Shown here in pieces: positions 1 through 15,400 of a stretch of 64,000 nt of DNA; position 1 is the stretch's first letter, and the number at the start of each line of letters is the position of its first letter. The notes beneath the pieces are model-generated. The model saw only the letters and a program-made list of their open reading frames with translations, did not search any database and was not told where the DNA came from. This DNA is from Macrostomum hystrix (taxonomy: Eukaryota; Animalia; Platyhelminthes), in assembly GCA_950097015.1 (NCBI GenBank), contig CATNEN010000001.1, positions 26,722,001 to 26,786,000 of the forward strand, given 5' to 3'. Made by a program: the position numbers and the translations under genes.

Positions 1-297
1 GTCAAGCCGAATCGATGGAAGTGGAGTTCAGCTCGGCCTTCTGCCAGCAGGATGAGTTCACCTATGCCAATGATACAAGTGAGAAACCCTGCTCAACAAG
101 GCCTCCCATAGGGCTGGGATACAATTTATGGGTGTGGTTGAGCTGTTCGCAATGGTGTTAATTTAGGTCATGCGACTGTTTTAGCTGCAAGTTAAACTAA
201 AATCCTCAAATTTACTGCCGGAGACATTATGAAGCTAATTCGTTAGAGACACGATAAACTGGTGCTAATACTGGGTGCTGTAAGCTTTTCTGTAAAG

Positions 298-385
298 GGA
301 AGCATTCGCAGTCTAACAGGAAGAATCCCAGTCTAACAGGAAGCATTCGCAGTCTAACAGGAAGCATTCGCAGTCTAACAGGAAG
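298..385. repeat. Short 21-bp tandem repeat (GGAAGCATTCGCAGTCTAACA) x~4
   Basis: Directly visible tandem units. Confidence 0.85.
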
Positions 386-425
386 CATCCCACAGGAGCA
401 AGTTATGCAATGAAAATAGTAATTT

Positions 426-938
426 AAGGATAGTGGGATAACAGGGAACACACTGAAGGATAGTGGGATAACAGGGAACACACTGAAGGATAGTGGGATA
501 ACAGGGAACACACTGAAGGATAGTGGGATAACAGGGAACACACTGAAGGATAGTGGGATAACAGGGAACACACTGAAGGATAGTGGGATAACAGGGAACA
601 CACTGAAGGATAGTGGGATAACAGGGAACACACTGAAGGATAGTGGGATAACAGGGAACACACTGAAGGATAGTGGGATAACGGGGAACACACTGAAGGA
701 TAGTGGGATAACAAGGAACACACAGAAGGATAGTGGGATAACGGGGAACACACTGAAGGATAGTGGGATAACAGGGAACACACTGAAGGATAGTGGGATA
801 ACGGGGAACACACTGAAGGATAGTGGGATAACGGGGAACACACTGAAGGACAGTGGGATAACGGGAAACACACAGAAGGATAGTGGGATAACAGGGAACA
901 CACAGAAGGATAGTGGGATAACAGGGAACACACTGAAG
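426..938. repeat. 30-bp minisatellite (AAGGATAGTGGGATAACAGGGAACACACTG)n, ~17 copies
   Basis: Directly visible; explains the repetitive ORFs 227-1088. Confidence 0.95.
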
Positions 939-1563
939 TATAGTGTCTATGCCCATTGCATGCCATCCCAATGTGTGTGTTGATATGTTGATAAATAACT
1001 TTGCCCGCCTGCGCCTAATTGTTGGCGGATTCTGGACTGGGATCATGCGATAGAGAAATCTACGAGTGCGCGAATTGCACTGCAGCAATTAGAATGCGGG
1101 CACCTTCGCCACGTTCCAGGCGGAGGTAGGGAACAGGGAGAAGAGACGGACTTGCCGGTCAGGGAGAAGGCGGCCCCATCCGCACAGATTTCATTGCGAC
1201 CTGCGCACAACACAATAATATTGGACTCGTTAGAGAGGCCTGTGGAGGCGGGCGCACACACACATACACAGTAACCGGGCCAGAAGCTAAATTCCATTCA
1301 CGTATAAATCCTCAAAATACGAGCTAGCTGTAAAAACGCAGTCCTGTAAGCTAAAATGCCAGGTAAAGGATAAAACCAGTGGCGGAACGGAATAAGAAGC
1401 AGCAAAAGATGAAGCAGAAAGTGCAACCGACAGATCGGAAACTGCGGAACAATTTGACCCACTCCAAGCAGCTAAAGCTTGCAGATGAGGCATGCCGTGT
1501 GACTGCACAACCTGCAGCAGCGGCCTCAGGTGATCTGAGAATAATACCGCCTTCCTGATCCCT

Positions 1564-1716
<153 letters not shown>

Positions 1717-2109
1717 GTTTTAAGCCAGGAAAGACTGTTCAGCTAACAGCCATGTGTTTGCGAAGCAAAAAAGGTCACTACGAGCAGTATTGCGTTTTTT
1801 TCAAATCCCATAGCTTTTTTGGCGAAATACCTCATTGAACGCGATTCTACTACCAAAGTTAAAAATTTTGAAAGTTTTTCGAAAATGTGACTTTTTACTG
1901 GCTTGCTATTCGAGTGCTTTGTCAGCAACAGGTGCAGCCAGGTGAAAGTAAACTGCATGGAATAAAGACGGCTTTTTGTTGCGAACAGAACGCTTTAGGC
2001 CGCAACCTCGGCTTACAAAAACTGATACTTTAATCTGTCAGTGTTAGAAATGATAGTTTTGCAGCATTTGTTTACACCAAACTGACCTGGCACTGAGACT
2101 GCTTGATAG

Positions 2110-3019
2110 CTAGATAGACAGGTGGATAGACAGGTGGATAGATCGGGAATAAACAGGTGAATAGGCAGGAGGATATAGACAGGTGGATAGATAGGTGGAT
2201 AGATCAGTGGATAGACAGGTGGATAGATGGGTAGATAGACAGGTAGATAGACAGGTGGATAGACAGGTGAATATATAGGTGGGTAGACAGGTGGATAGAT
2301 ATGTGGATAGACAGGTGGATAGATAGGTGGATAGACAGGTGGAAAGACAGGTGGAAAGACAGGTGGATAGATATGTGGATAGACAGGTGGATAGATAGGT
2401 GGATAGACAGGTGGAAAGACAGGTGGATAGACAGGTGGATAGACAGGTGGATAGACAGGTGGATAGATAGGTGGATAGACAGGTGGAAAGACAGGTGGAT
2501 AGATAGGTGGATAGATAGGTGGATAGACAGGTGGAAAGCCAGGTGGATAGATAGGTGGATAGATAGGTGGATAGACAGGTGGATAGATAGGTGGATAGAT
2601 AGGTGGATAGATAGGTGGATAGACAGGTGGAAAGACAGGTGGATAGATAGGTGGATAGACAGGTGGAAAGACAGGTGGATAGATAGGTGGATAGATAGGT
2701 GGATAGACAGGTGGATAGATAGGTGGATAGATAGGTGGATAGATAGGTGGATAGATAGGTGGAAAGACAGGTGGATAGATATGTGGATAGATATGTGGAT
2801 AGACAGGTGGAAAGACAGGTGGATAGATATGTGGATAGACAGGTGGAAAGACAGGTGGATAGATATGTGGATAGATATGTGGATAGACAGGTGGATAGAC
2901 AGGTGGATAGACAGGTGGATAGATATGTGGATAGACAGGTGGAAAGACAGGTGGAAAGACAGGTGGATAGATATGTGGATAGATATGTGGATAGACAGGT
3001 GGATAGACAGGTGGATAGA
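2110..3019. repeat. 12-bp minisatellite (GATAGACAGGTG)n with variants
   Basis: Directly visible; the PPVY/STCL ORFs are artefacts of it. Confidence 0.95.
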
Positions 3020-3619
3020 TGTCGGACAGCAGCAGGAGAAGTGATGGAGGCCCCACCCAATAAATTTTCTGCTACTTCGCAGAGTGAGCTAAAAAACCGT
3101 CGTCCTGCACTCCATGCACTGCCCCGCCTCCCCTGCTGATCTCAGTTCTCATCAGTCCGCCCTTCGCTGATGAGGTTCACCTCCAGTACCCTGGGAGCAA
3201 GTGGCGTTGCATGCGGCAGTACTGTCATGCCCCCCCCTCGAGAGAGAGAATGCAAAATTATCTACTCGACTCTGTTTAAAAATGGAAAGATTTAGACTAA
3301 TCCCATCAGGCGGCTAGCCCGTAGGGATAAACTTGACCCCGTTCAGACACAAGCCGCAGATTTTAGTAGGCTCTGGCCTAGCGAATTGTCAAAAAAATGG
3401 TTTGCATTTTTCCGAATCCCATTTCGGTGGCATATAGCGTGGCGCCACTTGTCTGACTGTCTCTCCACAAGTCCCCATCAAGCTATTGAGGGATCATTTT
3501 TCGAAGACAGTTCAATGACATGAAATAAGACATTTCTGACATTCGGTTGCCAACTGGAGACTGTCAGGTGGGCGTTAGAACTTGTATCTGACCAATGCTA
3601 TGTAGGTGCATGGTTTTCA

Positions 3620-4555
3620 GGGATTCGGGATTCGGCGATTCGGGATTCGGAGATTCGGAGATTCGGAGATTCGGGATTCGGAGATTCGGAGATTCGGAGA
3701 TTCGGAGATTCGGAGATTCGGAGATTCGGAGATTCGGAGATTCGGGGATTCGGATATTCGGGATTCGGAGATTCGGGATTCGGCGATTCGGGATTCGGAG
3801 ATTCGGAGATTCGGAGATTCGGGATTCGGAGATTCGGAGATTCGGAGATTCGGAGATTCGGAGATTCGGAGATTCGGAGATTCGGAGATTCGGAGATTCG
3901 GAGATTCGGAGATTCGGAGATTCGGAGATTCGGAGATTCGGAGATTCAAGATTGGGAGATTCGGATATTCGGAGATTCGGAGATTCGGAGATTCGGAGAT
4001 TCGGAGATTCGGAGATTCGGAGAGTCGGGATTCGGAGATTCGGAGATTCGGAGATTCGGAGATTCGGAGATTCGGAGATTCGGAGATTCGGGATTCGGAG
4101 ATTCGGCGATTCGGGATTCGGAGATTCGGAGATTCGGAGATTCGGGATTCGGAGATTCGGAGATTCGGAGATTCGGAGATTCGGAGATTCGGAGATTCGG
4201 AGATTCGGAGATTCGGAGATTCGGAGATTCGGAGATTCGGAGATTCGGAGATTCGGAGATTCGGAGATTCAAGATTGGGAGATTCGGATATTCGGAGATT
4301 CGGAGATTCGGAGATTCGGAGATTCGGAGATTCGGAGATTCGGAGAGTCGGGATTCGGAGATTCGGAGATTCGGAGATTCGGAGATTCGGAGATTCGGAG
4401 ATTCGGAGATTCGGGATTCGGAGATTCGGAGATTCGGAGATTCGGAGATTCGGATATTCGGAGATTCGGATATTCGGAGATTCGGAGATTCGGAGATTCG
4501 GAGATTCCGAGATTCGGAGATTCGGAGATTCGGAGATTCGGAGATTCGGAGATTC
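3620..4555. repeat. 8-bp satellite (GGAGATTC)n with a higher-order internal duplication
   Basis: Directly visible; the variant block AAGATTGGGAGATTCGGATA recurs at ~3948 and ~4271. Confidence 0.95.
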
Positions 4556-5530
4556 ATTATTGCCGAGATAGGTAGAAACAGTTTTTTTCTAATTTTAGGA
4601 GTCATTTTACGACAATCAAGTCACTCATTATCAGAATTAGTTCTGCGCATCGAGGTGAGAAGGCGCCAGATCCCAAGCCAATCTGCGGCCAGCCCATTTC
4701 TCCAGTTTCCTAGAATCCTGTTCCGTCTGTTTTCTCTGCCATTTCCTGAGTCAGGGCGCGGGCAAGCTCCAGTGGCTGCTGGCAGCAGAGGCAGCAATGG
4801 CTGTTTGCCAATCCCTACCCCGCTGGGAAGCAAGCCTAGAGGATCCCGTTTCATGCCGCTGCGGTGCGGGCTCAGGCCACGGGAGCAGCAGCAACCGCCC
4901 GGAGATAATCCCGATAAGCCCAGGCCCAGAACCGGTGCCCCCCGTCAATGAATGCCGAATATTGTTTCCTGCGCCTGGCAAACACGACTTTGGGAATTCA
5001 GGTGCAGCAGAATGAAGACGCTTCTATTGAGAGGCCGGCGGGTTCAGGCTGGGGATCCGCTCTCCCTATAGCGTGGGGGTAGAATTGAAGTACAACCACT
5101 TGAAGGGAATTAGATAAGCTACTTAAAACAATTATGCGCCAAAGCACAAGCAGGCAGTGCTGAAGGTACATCTGGGCTTGCACCTTTGATAAGAAAAACT
5201 CTGCACCATAATTTCTTTTCGAGAAAAAGCGAATGGAAGAACCAATGTGTTTAGAGGCATCGGGAAAAAACTTAACTTTCTGCTTGAGTGAAACTTTGGG
5301 TCTCCTTTGGGCAAACAAAACGGACCACGGGGGTCGGTAAAGGTAAAATTTGAATCGTATTTTCTTACTTTTTTTGCCGTTTTTCGGTTTTGTAGGCAAA
5401 CAGCCGAGCTTATTTGCACCCAGACAAATTAGGGAAATTTGTTGGCCTTCGTTGCGGTGTTAATCTTGTAGATTGAAATTATGATGGATATTTTTTGCTT
5501 CTAGATTTTCAGTCCATCCTTGCAAAGGGA

Positions 5531-6736
5531 TTCACATTCACATTCACATTCACATTCACATTCACATTCACATTCACATTCACATTCACATCCACATCCA
5601 CATTCACATTCACATCCACATCCACATTCACATTCACATTCACATTCACATTCACATTCACATTCACATTCACATTCACATTCACATTCACATCCACATC
5701 CACATCCACATTCACATTCACATCCACATTCACATTCACATTCACATTCACATTCACATTCACATTCACATTCACATTCACATTCACATTCACATTCACA
5801 TTCACATTCACATCCACATCCACATTCACATTCACATCCACATTCACATTCACATTCACATTCACATTCACATTCACATTCACATTCACATCCACATCCA
5901 CATTCACATTCACATTCACATTCACATCCACATCCACATTCACATTCACATTCACATCCACATTCACATTCACATTCACATCCACATTCACATTCACATT
6001 CACATTCACATTCACATTCACATTCACATCCACATCCACATCCACATTCACATTCACATCCACATTCACATTCACATTCACATTCACATTCACATTCACA
6101 TTCACATTCACATTCACATTCACATTCACATTCACATTCACATTCACATCCACATCCACATCCACATTCAAATTCACATTCACATTCACATTCACATTCA
6201 CATTCACATTCACATTCACATTCACATCCACATCCACATCCACATCCACATCCACATTCACATTCACATTCACATTCACATTCACATCCACATCCACATC
6301 CACATTCACATTCACATTCACATTCACATCCACATTCACATTCACATCCACATTCACATTCACATCCACATTCACATTCACATTCACATTCACATCCACA
6401 TTCACATTCACATCCACATCCACATTCACATTCACATTCACATTCACATTCACATTCACATTCACATTCACATCCACATTCACATTCACATTCACATTCA
6501 CATTCACATTCACATTCACATTCACATCTACATTCACATTCACATTCACATTCACATTCACATCTACATTCACATTCACATTCACATTCACATTCACATT
6601 CACATTCACATTCACATCCACATTCACATTCACATTCACATTCACATCTACATTCACATTCACATTCACATTCACATTCACATTCACATTCACATCTACA
6701 TTCACATTCACATTCACATTCACATTCACATCCACA
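5531..6736. repeat. (CACATT/CACATC)n hexamer microsatellite, ~1.2 kb
   Basis: Directly visible. Confidence 0.97.
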
Positions 6737-6930
6737 GCCGCGGAGAGAAGGCTTGTCGCGCAATTTACACCATTGAGGATCAACCTCCAAGGCACAGTGA
6801 CGATGAGTTGTACTCAGGGCAGATGTACTCACCTGTGTGTGTGTGTGCCTGGGTGAGTTTGTGCTAAGGAGTCAGCGAAGTGGCTGCGGGTCTACTGTCA
6901 CCAAGTGATGTGCCATTGCCCGTAGATTGC
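6737..6930 (+). mobile_element. SINE family A, 5'-truncated copy
   Basis: Matches body and 3' end of copies at 13240 and 56351 (gccgcggagagaaggcttg...gtcaccaa..gatgtgccattgccc). Confidence 0.75.
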
Positions 6931-7729
6931 CCGTTGCTCTTGCAAATATTGTTACTATTATTAACCATGATATTAACCCGAGGATTCACGCTTACAAGGC
7001 TCGGGTCAAATATCCGTAGACAGCCAAATAATGGGTAGACCTTACTATTCATTAAGGTCGAACGGTAGAGGACAGCAGTGACACTCTGCAGCAGCCCGCT
7101 CCAAGGTCCTCAAATTCCCCCAGGGCGCTAACTGCGTGCCACGAGCGTCACCTGTCGCAGCAGAAAGTTAGGATTCCGCATTTGGAAGGCCAATTTTCGT
7201 TAGTGTAACGCAGGACTGCAGCACCAATTGGAGGGGGCATGTTGCGTCGTCTCCTGGAAGTCGTGGAAGAAGGAAGTAGCTCCCTACACAAGCATCGCCC
7301 GCTACACTGCTAGATAAAACTATATTGAAAGGCCGAACGTTGGGTACATGCAGCCACAGCCTCGACTGCAGCATCGTCTGAGCAGCCAGTTGGAGCGTAT
7401 GCTGTTCATCAGGATTGTCTGCGGAAATTCTTTTGCGGTAATTAATCTCGAAGAACAGGCCGGCGTTGTCAGATAATTCATTTCAAGCTGTTGCACACAC
7501 AGCTCCCAGATCAATTGTTGGGCATTTCCTGACCCTCCCAAATCTACTGCTCCTAGGGGTGAGCTTGAGTTGGGTTGGTCCAGCGACAGTGGGACTAACG
7601 GCTGGAGCAGATCGACAGAAAAAAGAAATCGTTTAAGTCTATTATTAGCTTGAGTTCGATTTGAGTTGATATTGAGTTGAACCTTTGAGTTCGGCAGCTC
7701 AAACGCCGGCTGTTGTATGTGTTTTGCTA

Positions 7730-8035
<306 letters not shown>

Positions 8036-8174
8036 TCATTTGGCTCAGGTAAAAAAGGCCGCTAGAGAATAAGATTTTGTTCTCGGTAAAAGGAATTCGT
8101 TATTCGCTGCAACATGACCTTTTTGAAATCGGGAAGTTTTGTTTACCAAATAGTTCTGAATGAGCCATAACTAA

Positions 8175-8364
8175 GTGCCCCTTCGGTGGGTTCAAACACT
8201 CATTTGGATACTGTTCGCTTGTTCCACGATGCAGACCACAGGAGGGTTAGAGAGCGAATACGCAGACAAGGATCTATGCAGTTCAGCTGCTGGACAACAG
8301 AATCATTTGATTGACAGCTTCCAAAGGCTAGAGCTTGCACTGCTGGCATCTTCTTCAGTGAAAG
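8175..8364 (+). CDS. Candidate signal-peptide exon of the CUB gene (tentative)
   Basis: Hydrophobic stretch (WVQTLIWILFACST) and a phase-1 donor AAAG|gtagac at 8364 compatible with the 9425 exon; no in-frame ATG upstream of the hydrophobic stretch. Confidence 0.3.
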
Positions 8365-9424
8365 GTAGACAGTTTGTAGCAAGTGGCTTCGCTGTTTAAT
8401 CTACAAGTGTGTAATATTTTTGTGAAATTGTGTCGAACAGTCAAGATTACAGTGATGTGCCTTCCTTATTGCTAGTTCGCTCATCTGGTGACCGAATCAC
8501 AATCTCGAAAACGCTTCTTGTGCTACGGAGATCTGTACTCCACTCGTTCAAGATCTTTGCACGCTCTCCCTCAACTGGCTGTTGACACGGCTGATGAAGC
8601 GATTAAGCCGACTGTCGTTTTCACTGGTGGAGCTGCAAGCAGAAGCCAACGAAGATGGGGGGAGGGACGGTCGATACAACGTCCTGGCGCAGCATCAAAT
8701 CTGGACTCGCATCTTGTTCAGGCTCCCCCTCCTTAATCTGGCAGTAATGCGACTGGTAATGGCCTGATAGCTGCCCCTCACTGCTCCACTGCAGCAACGC
8801 GGAGAGCCGATTTCCTGATCCTCACTCTCGCAGTATCCCATGAGCTCGGGTCCTTCAAGACTGCCAGACTTGGGGAGCGAAAGCCCAGTTTTGTCTGGCG
8901 CTTTGGCTCAACAGGCAATTTGTGGAGCGGCTCCTTGCAGTCGTGACTCACCCAGTCCTGCTAGCAGTGAATGCATGCAGCGAGTTGTGAGCTGGAAGGC
9001 GTTTCCTAGCGGAACCCAAACGTTTGACCGTTAGCGAAAAGTACAAATTCGAATGCATTGTTGACTCCGGGAACCCAATAAAGTGTTGGCTAGCATCTTC
9101 AGCCTTCATTGCTTATTTGCTCAAGTGCAATTTGTATTTCTCTATCGCCTCCACCATGAACTCATTCCTGCTCAGTGGTATCAAAAGCAATGCTCCTGTA
9201 AGACTGGGCTTACTTCAAAGTTTCCTCTTAATTCGCATAGATCATTGTAGATCATTCATATCGTTATTAAAGTACATCGATCTAGTATTCGGTTGTTTCA
9301 TGGGAAGCTTGATAAACAGGGACCCAACTAATGGGAAATAATCCCTCTGAGTAGCGCAGGATTTGGTGCGTCTGCAATGAGTTCTATCAAACATTCGCTC
9401 CTTCAACCGCCCGCCCGCCCGCAG

Positions 9425-12400
9425 ACTGCAAGTGCTACCAGTTCCAAAGCTCCAGCGCGAAGAAGTTCGGCCAGTTCAAGTCGCCGCTGTTTCCCAGAGC
9501 CTACCCGCTGGCCATCTCCTGCATGCTGTACGTTTTCGTCGCCGACCAGGGAGAGATTGTCCGCCTGCAGTTCGACCACTTCGAGCTCAAGCCCCGCATT
9601 GACGGACGGTGAGTTTCTCCATGCGTCCCTTGGTTGGATTTCGTGGTTGCCAGCACGGGAACACGGGCCCTCCATACTTCAGCCCGAAAACTGTCTTTAT
9701 CCTGCGTCTAAACCATTTATCATTCGATTCAAGGAGTCACGCAAAGTCATCGCAGAAGCCTTGTAATCTAGTCAAATATCCTTTCGCCGCGGGCAGTCGA
9801 GTCACCAGGCAGACATGGAAAATTCTCTTTACACAACTATTTCTCTGAAGGCTTAATCGGATAATTTTTTATTCAAAGAAAAAACTGTTTTGCCCAAACA
9901 AATTAGAAAGCGTTCAGTTTCCCAGGAAGTGTCAACTAACGCATGTCTAGATGTGCTGAAGCCTTTTCATATGACCCAGATAGGGCAGCTCCGCTTTGAC
10001 CCGCCAGCTCAAACGAGGGCTTAAAAACCTCAGCTCACTGACTGATTGCCTGGAACAGTTTTACGACTTCCTGAGTCGGGAAGATCAAAGTGTGCCCGAG
10101 TGACTTGAGTTTTGGGATCAACAAAGTTTGCTTCCCACCCGCGAGTTCGCCGTCCCTGTCTGGCGGCCTGGTCGGATCTGGACCTCTAAACAGAGGCGAT
10201 TGCGTGTAAATACCCACGAAGGCAAACGCAATCAAGACTGCATGCCGGGGCTGTCTGGGGACCCGCAGCCGAACTTGTAGGCGGCAATTTGAAATCTCAA
10301 TCTCTATTTCTCTCTGCCAGCGCCGCCGCCCCCACTCCAGCAAACTCTGCCGAACTCATCTATCGGTCCTTGGAACTCACAGCCGGCCCCAGAGCAGCTA
10401 GTGTAGTGGCCCCGTGCTTGAGCAAACTAAATTACATGTTTCAGTCGCATACCTCGCGGGACAGCATAGTGACCGACGGACCTCGGAGACTGGGAGAGTG
10501 AATGAGTTCGGCTGTGAGCACAGAGTGCTAGGCAGATAGGCGCTACAGGACAAGCCACCAAATTGAGCTGATCTTTATTCTGCATATCGAAAGCATAGTA
10601 TGTCAAGTTATGGAACTGCTGGGACTGACCCACTAGTCACAATAATTGGATGAGGCGTGACAGCTGGTCAGGCAGGTAGATCCAGTCGGCACTGCGGGAT
10701 TGCCACGATTATCAAGGGGCCCTTGATTTCATCTAGATGTCTGCCTGATTCTAGTTCTGAATAAATATAGTTATATAGATGCTAACGAAAAAATGTTGCC
10801 TGTTAATTACATCTCAGCTGCATCATGTCGACTTAAGTATGAATGCGATTCTGTTCATTTTTAACTGCAACCTGATAAAAATCCAGATCATTTTTACGAA
10901 CCGTTTTTAAAAACCTTCTCTAAATTTAGAATCGAACTCGATGAAAAATCTCACGTGGAAAAATCTGCCAATACGAAGGCCAAACGTGCTGCAAAGTTAA
11001 ATTTAAATCGAATCGAACTTTAAATTGGATTTTAATTTCTTCTGACCAAAGCTATTACACAACTGAAGACTCAGCAACCGATTTGTATCAGTAAACTATA
11101 AAATTATATCTAGTTTCTTAGTAGGACATGCAATTGGTGGTTTTTTGTAACAGTTCATTTAATCACAGCATCAAAGCAGGGATACGCAATCAAAGTTTAA
11201 CTCAGTGCTGCTCAAACCTTGTCGGCTAGCGTTAGAGTTTGTTTGAAATGGACTTTCGATCCACCAGTTGGTCATTGGCGGCCGTGGTCTCAAGAGTGTC
11301 TTTAAAATCCAGAGGAGAACGTTGTTGAGAACAAGAGAAAGAGAGTCTGATCCACTTTGAATTTTTTTTTCTCTACAGCAAAATACTTTTTACAGTTTTG
11401 TTCGGAAAAGCTTCTGGTCCCGAGCAAGTTTAGAGCCCAGATGAGAGTCAGCTTTGCTTGAGAAAGTTAGAATGCACTCAAATTCCTGATGATGAAATTG
11501 GGCATGCCAATGTCGAGGTCACGAATTGAGACACTCCCAGGGGAGCCGGGCTCTGCTCAGAACAGATTCTGTGCGAGATGAATCTGAGACTGGAAGCTTC
11601 TGCTTGCAGTCAATGTACTTCAGAAAAGAGGTAATGTCAGTCACTCCATTATGAGGATTAGGGTTACATCACGCTGATTTCATGAGAATCACCTCAAAGT
11701 CTGATAAACTTTAGACTCTAACGAGCCGTATGTCTCTGTGTCTCAGGAAGCTACATCTCCTAATCCCTCCTAACCTCGATTCGAGTATTGGACTCTCGAT
11801 GCAAACATTAGGGGTTAAGAAGTTGACAGGTAAAAAAATTTAAAAGGCCGGATTCAAGTTGATTTTAATCAAGTCGGTGTTCAAATTAGCTGCTTATGAG
11901 TTTGCCAATCAGTTATCGCCACTTCCTCTGCCGCCCTCCGCAGCTGCCGAGACTTTGTCCGCCTGTTCCTGGACAGCCCGCGGGCGGAGCTGAGCCCCGA
12001 CGACCGGCCCAACCACGAGCTGTGCGGTCCGCAGCTGTCCCAGAAGCTGTTCTACTCGTCCGGTCGGGTGCTGCTGATGGAGTTCCACTCCGAGATTACG
12101 CGACCGTTTCAGAATGCCAATCACGTGCTGGTCTACGCCGGCTTCAAAGGCGGCTTCCACTTTGAAAGGGCCGGTGAGAATTACTGACGACTTTCTTTTA
12201 GGAGTTGACAGACTTCAGCCTGACTTCAAGGATACTTGCAGACAGAAATAAAAAAAATTAGATTTTCAGAATTCGGTGACAACCACAGCCAGCGAGAGGC
12301 AACTCTGCCCATTCCGCTGACTCCAGAACACAGATTCGTGTGCACACACCAATTGTTCGTCTAGCCCCCAGGCCTTTCTCGCCAAGCCTCGCCGCGGATT

Positions 12401-15400
12401 CGAGCTTAGGACCTTGGTGCAAAAGGCAAACGTGTTAGACCTATCCGTCACATACCCGCATTCACGGATATCAGATTTGAAGGTATTTTAGAGTAGATTT
12501 AAAATGCATAGGTACTAAAAATTTCATCATTTTAGCGGCTATTAGTAATCGATTGGCAAAGGTGCGCGTTAACTGCATCCAACAGTGCTGTCCATTTTTA
12601 TTCATGGCTCATCATTCTCGTCGTGAAGTCGCAGTCGATGACAAATTCAAAGATAAACAAACTTTTAATTTTAACTTGCGAGCAAAGCCTACAAATCGGC
12701 AGCATCGAACGCAATTTCCTGGAAAGCAAGTTAAACCAGCTAAAACCCGCCCTAATCCTCAAACAGAAACTAATAAGCATGCAGTTGTTCCCGTGATCTG
12801 AGCAGTCGCAGACTGTGCAGCCAAGCGATAAAATTGGCGCGGATTAACAAAGCGGCCAGCAGGTGTGTCCGGATCTACTCAAAGCAGATATTTTAGGGAG
12901 ACACCAGGCGGACTCGGAAAAGACGGTCTCTTCTTTGCCTTCTCTCTCTCGAATTGAGCAGTGAGAACGGCTGTGCAATTTTACTAATTGAGGCCATACG
13001 GAAAAAGCTGGACAAGGCAGCGGGGCTAAACAACGGGATTAAAGACCTGATTATCCCGTGCGTAGCAAGCTGGGCAGGTGCGAAGAAATTTTAAGCAGGT
13101 TGAAAACGTCTGTTTGAATATTCCACTAACAGGACCCTGAGTTGAGTAGAATCATCAGAAGTAATTGTGAGCACCTGATGGCAACAAGCTACCGTTGAGC
13201 TCTTGAGAATTGTGCATGACAAGCTTAGCAATGAATTGAGGGAGATGAGTGGCAGAGCGGTTAACGCTTCTGCCTATCGCACCAAGGTAGCTGAGCTCGA
13301 CTCCGCGGCAAAGCCACATTTATTTCGGGCGCAGCCGCGGAGAGAAAGCTTGGTGGCTTTTCGTACAATTCACGCAGTGCACAGTGAGAGTGTACACTGT
13401 TTGACGATGAGAAAGTCAGGGCAGATGTACACACCTGTGTGAGTGCGTATCTGTGTATCAGTGTGTGTGTGTGTTCAGGAGTCAGTGAAATGGGCAGAAT
13501 CGCCATCCTCGCTGGTTGCGGTTCTATCGTCACCAAATGATGTGCCATTGCCCGCAGTCCTACTGCAAATTAATACTATTTGTCATCAATTTTGCTTTGT
13601 TTTAAAGTCGCAACAGCAACTCCTTTCCTTATGAAATTCATTAATAAAACAGTTTTTTAATCTTCTAAGTGCAGATAAAGCTAGTCCTATACATAATCTG
13701 ACCTTTCTTCATATTTTGGTCTGTATACCCATACCATGAGAAATCATTACTAAAGTAGCCCTTTGACAACAACATCCGGTTTTTCAAGCAGATGACTGTC
13801 TGCCTAGTTCGTGCTTATGTCGAAGAGAAAGTTCTTTCTCCTTGCCCTTTGCCAAACCGAGCCAGACGTTCTTCTTTGCCATCGATTTCTTTAGACTTGC
13901 AAGGTGACTGCGTCTCAAATGCTGAGCTGCTCAAATCACTGTTCTAGTGACTTGAGTTGAGTCAGTGCCTTTTTAAACTGGTCACTTGTGCGTGACATTT
14001 TGAGCGACTTAAAAATTTACCTCATTTGTCCTAGATACGTTTGTCTGTTTTCGTCTTCCACGAAAACGTCTTTGTCTCTTTCATCGGTTCTTCGTCCCTT
14101 GGTCCTTCGTCCCTTGGTCCTTCGTCCCTTGGTCCTTCGTCCCTTGGTCCTTCGTCCCTTGGTCCTTCGTCCCTTGGTCCTTCGTCCCTTGGTCCTTCGT
14201 CCCTTGGTCCTTCGTCCCTTGGTCCTTCGTCCCTTGGTCCTTCGTCCCTTGGTCCTTCGTCCCTTGGTCCTAGCACAAAAGTTCAACAAATTTTTTCAGA
14301 TCAGTACCACACCACGGGAAATCTATTACAAGGCACCGCCTGCGATTATGAGTTCGTGAGCAGTCGTGAGCATAAAAACGGGCAGTTTTTCTCGCCGGCC
14401 TATCCACAAAACTACCGACCGGGTGTCTCCTGCAACTATCATTTCCGAGCCATGGCTGGTGAGCGGGTTCGTCTCGACTTTGAAGCCGTTGACCTCGGTG
14501 GCGCGGACAACCGCACCGCCTGTCTTGACGGCGACAGTTCATCAACAACGGACCGCGATCGTCTAACCGTCACCGACTCTGAGCGAGACGAGCCTTCGCG
14601 TAGTTTGTACTTTAGCTTCTCAACCTACTGCAAGCTCGACTCCAAGGTGCAGACCGTGAGCCAGGAGACATACTACAGGGTCAAGTTCGTCGCGAATGCC
14701 GACTCCATCGTTGGTCAGGGCTTCTCAGCCAAATATGGCTTTGTTGCTAGGCACAAGCTGCAGGCAACAAGACCGCTGGAAAGAGACGCAATGGGCGGTG
14801 CGGGTGAGTGATTTTCATATTTTCGTGAATTTAGCAAGAATTTACCTGCCAGGTTACTGTTGAGCAGTAGCAGGTTGGAAACATTTTTCATATTATTTTC
14901 AATGAGTTTATTCATTAGCAAGTAGAGTTTGTAGCATTTTGCTTAGAGCTTAGGACTTCTGACTCAGAGTTTACTTATGAGCACTAAAGGAGTTGTAGCA
15001 CAATAATTGGGACATCGAATTAAAGGTCGGGGGTTCGTTTCCTGACTCCACTGGAAAAATGGTGTCCTTTGCCATAACGTGACACTTAACTCTGCACTGC
15101 TTCAGTTCACCCAGTTGTTAGATTGGCCTACCAGCATTCCCCAGTCCATGGACTGAACAGCTGTACGCAGCCTTTCGAAGCGCCTCAAAATATTTGCGGC
15201 TGGACAATGGTCTTTGCATATGGCTTGGTGTAAATTTATTGACTGAAAAATCCCTTGGTAACCTCACGCAGGCATTGTTCCTAACAAGCTGCTTGAGCAC
15301 ACCATTGAGTACCGGAGCAGTCAGGGCAGGCAGGGCGTGTTCAGCAGCGTCAACTATCCGGAGGGCAAGGGCTATCCGCGGCTCGCCAAGTTCACATACA

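Noticed and set aside
980-1260. RTE-like reverse-transcriptase C-terminal remnant (GTW..SN..IRRRR)
   Set aside because: Only a few motif residues across frameshifts; too decayed to support
4620-5090. GC-rich block, possible LINE 5' end or exon
   Set aside because: No recognisable domain, splice pattern or second copy in the window
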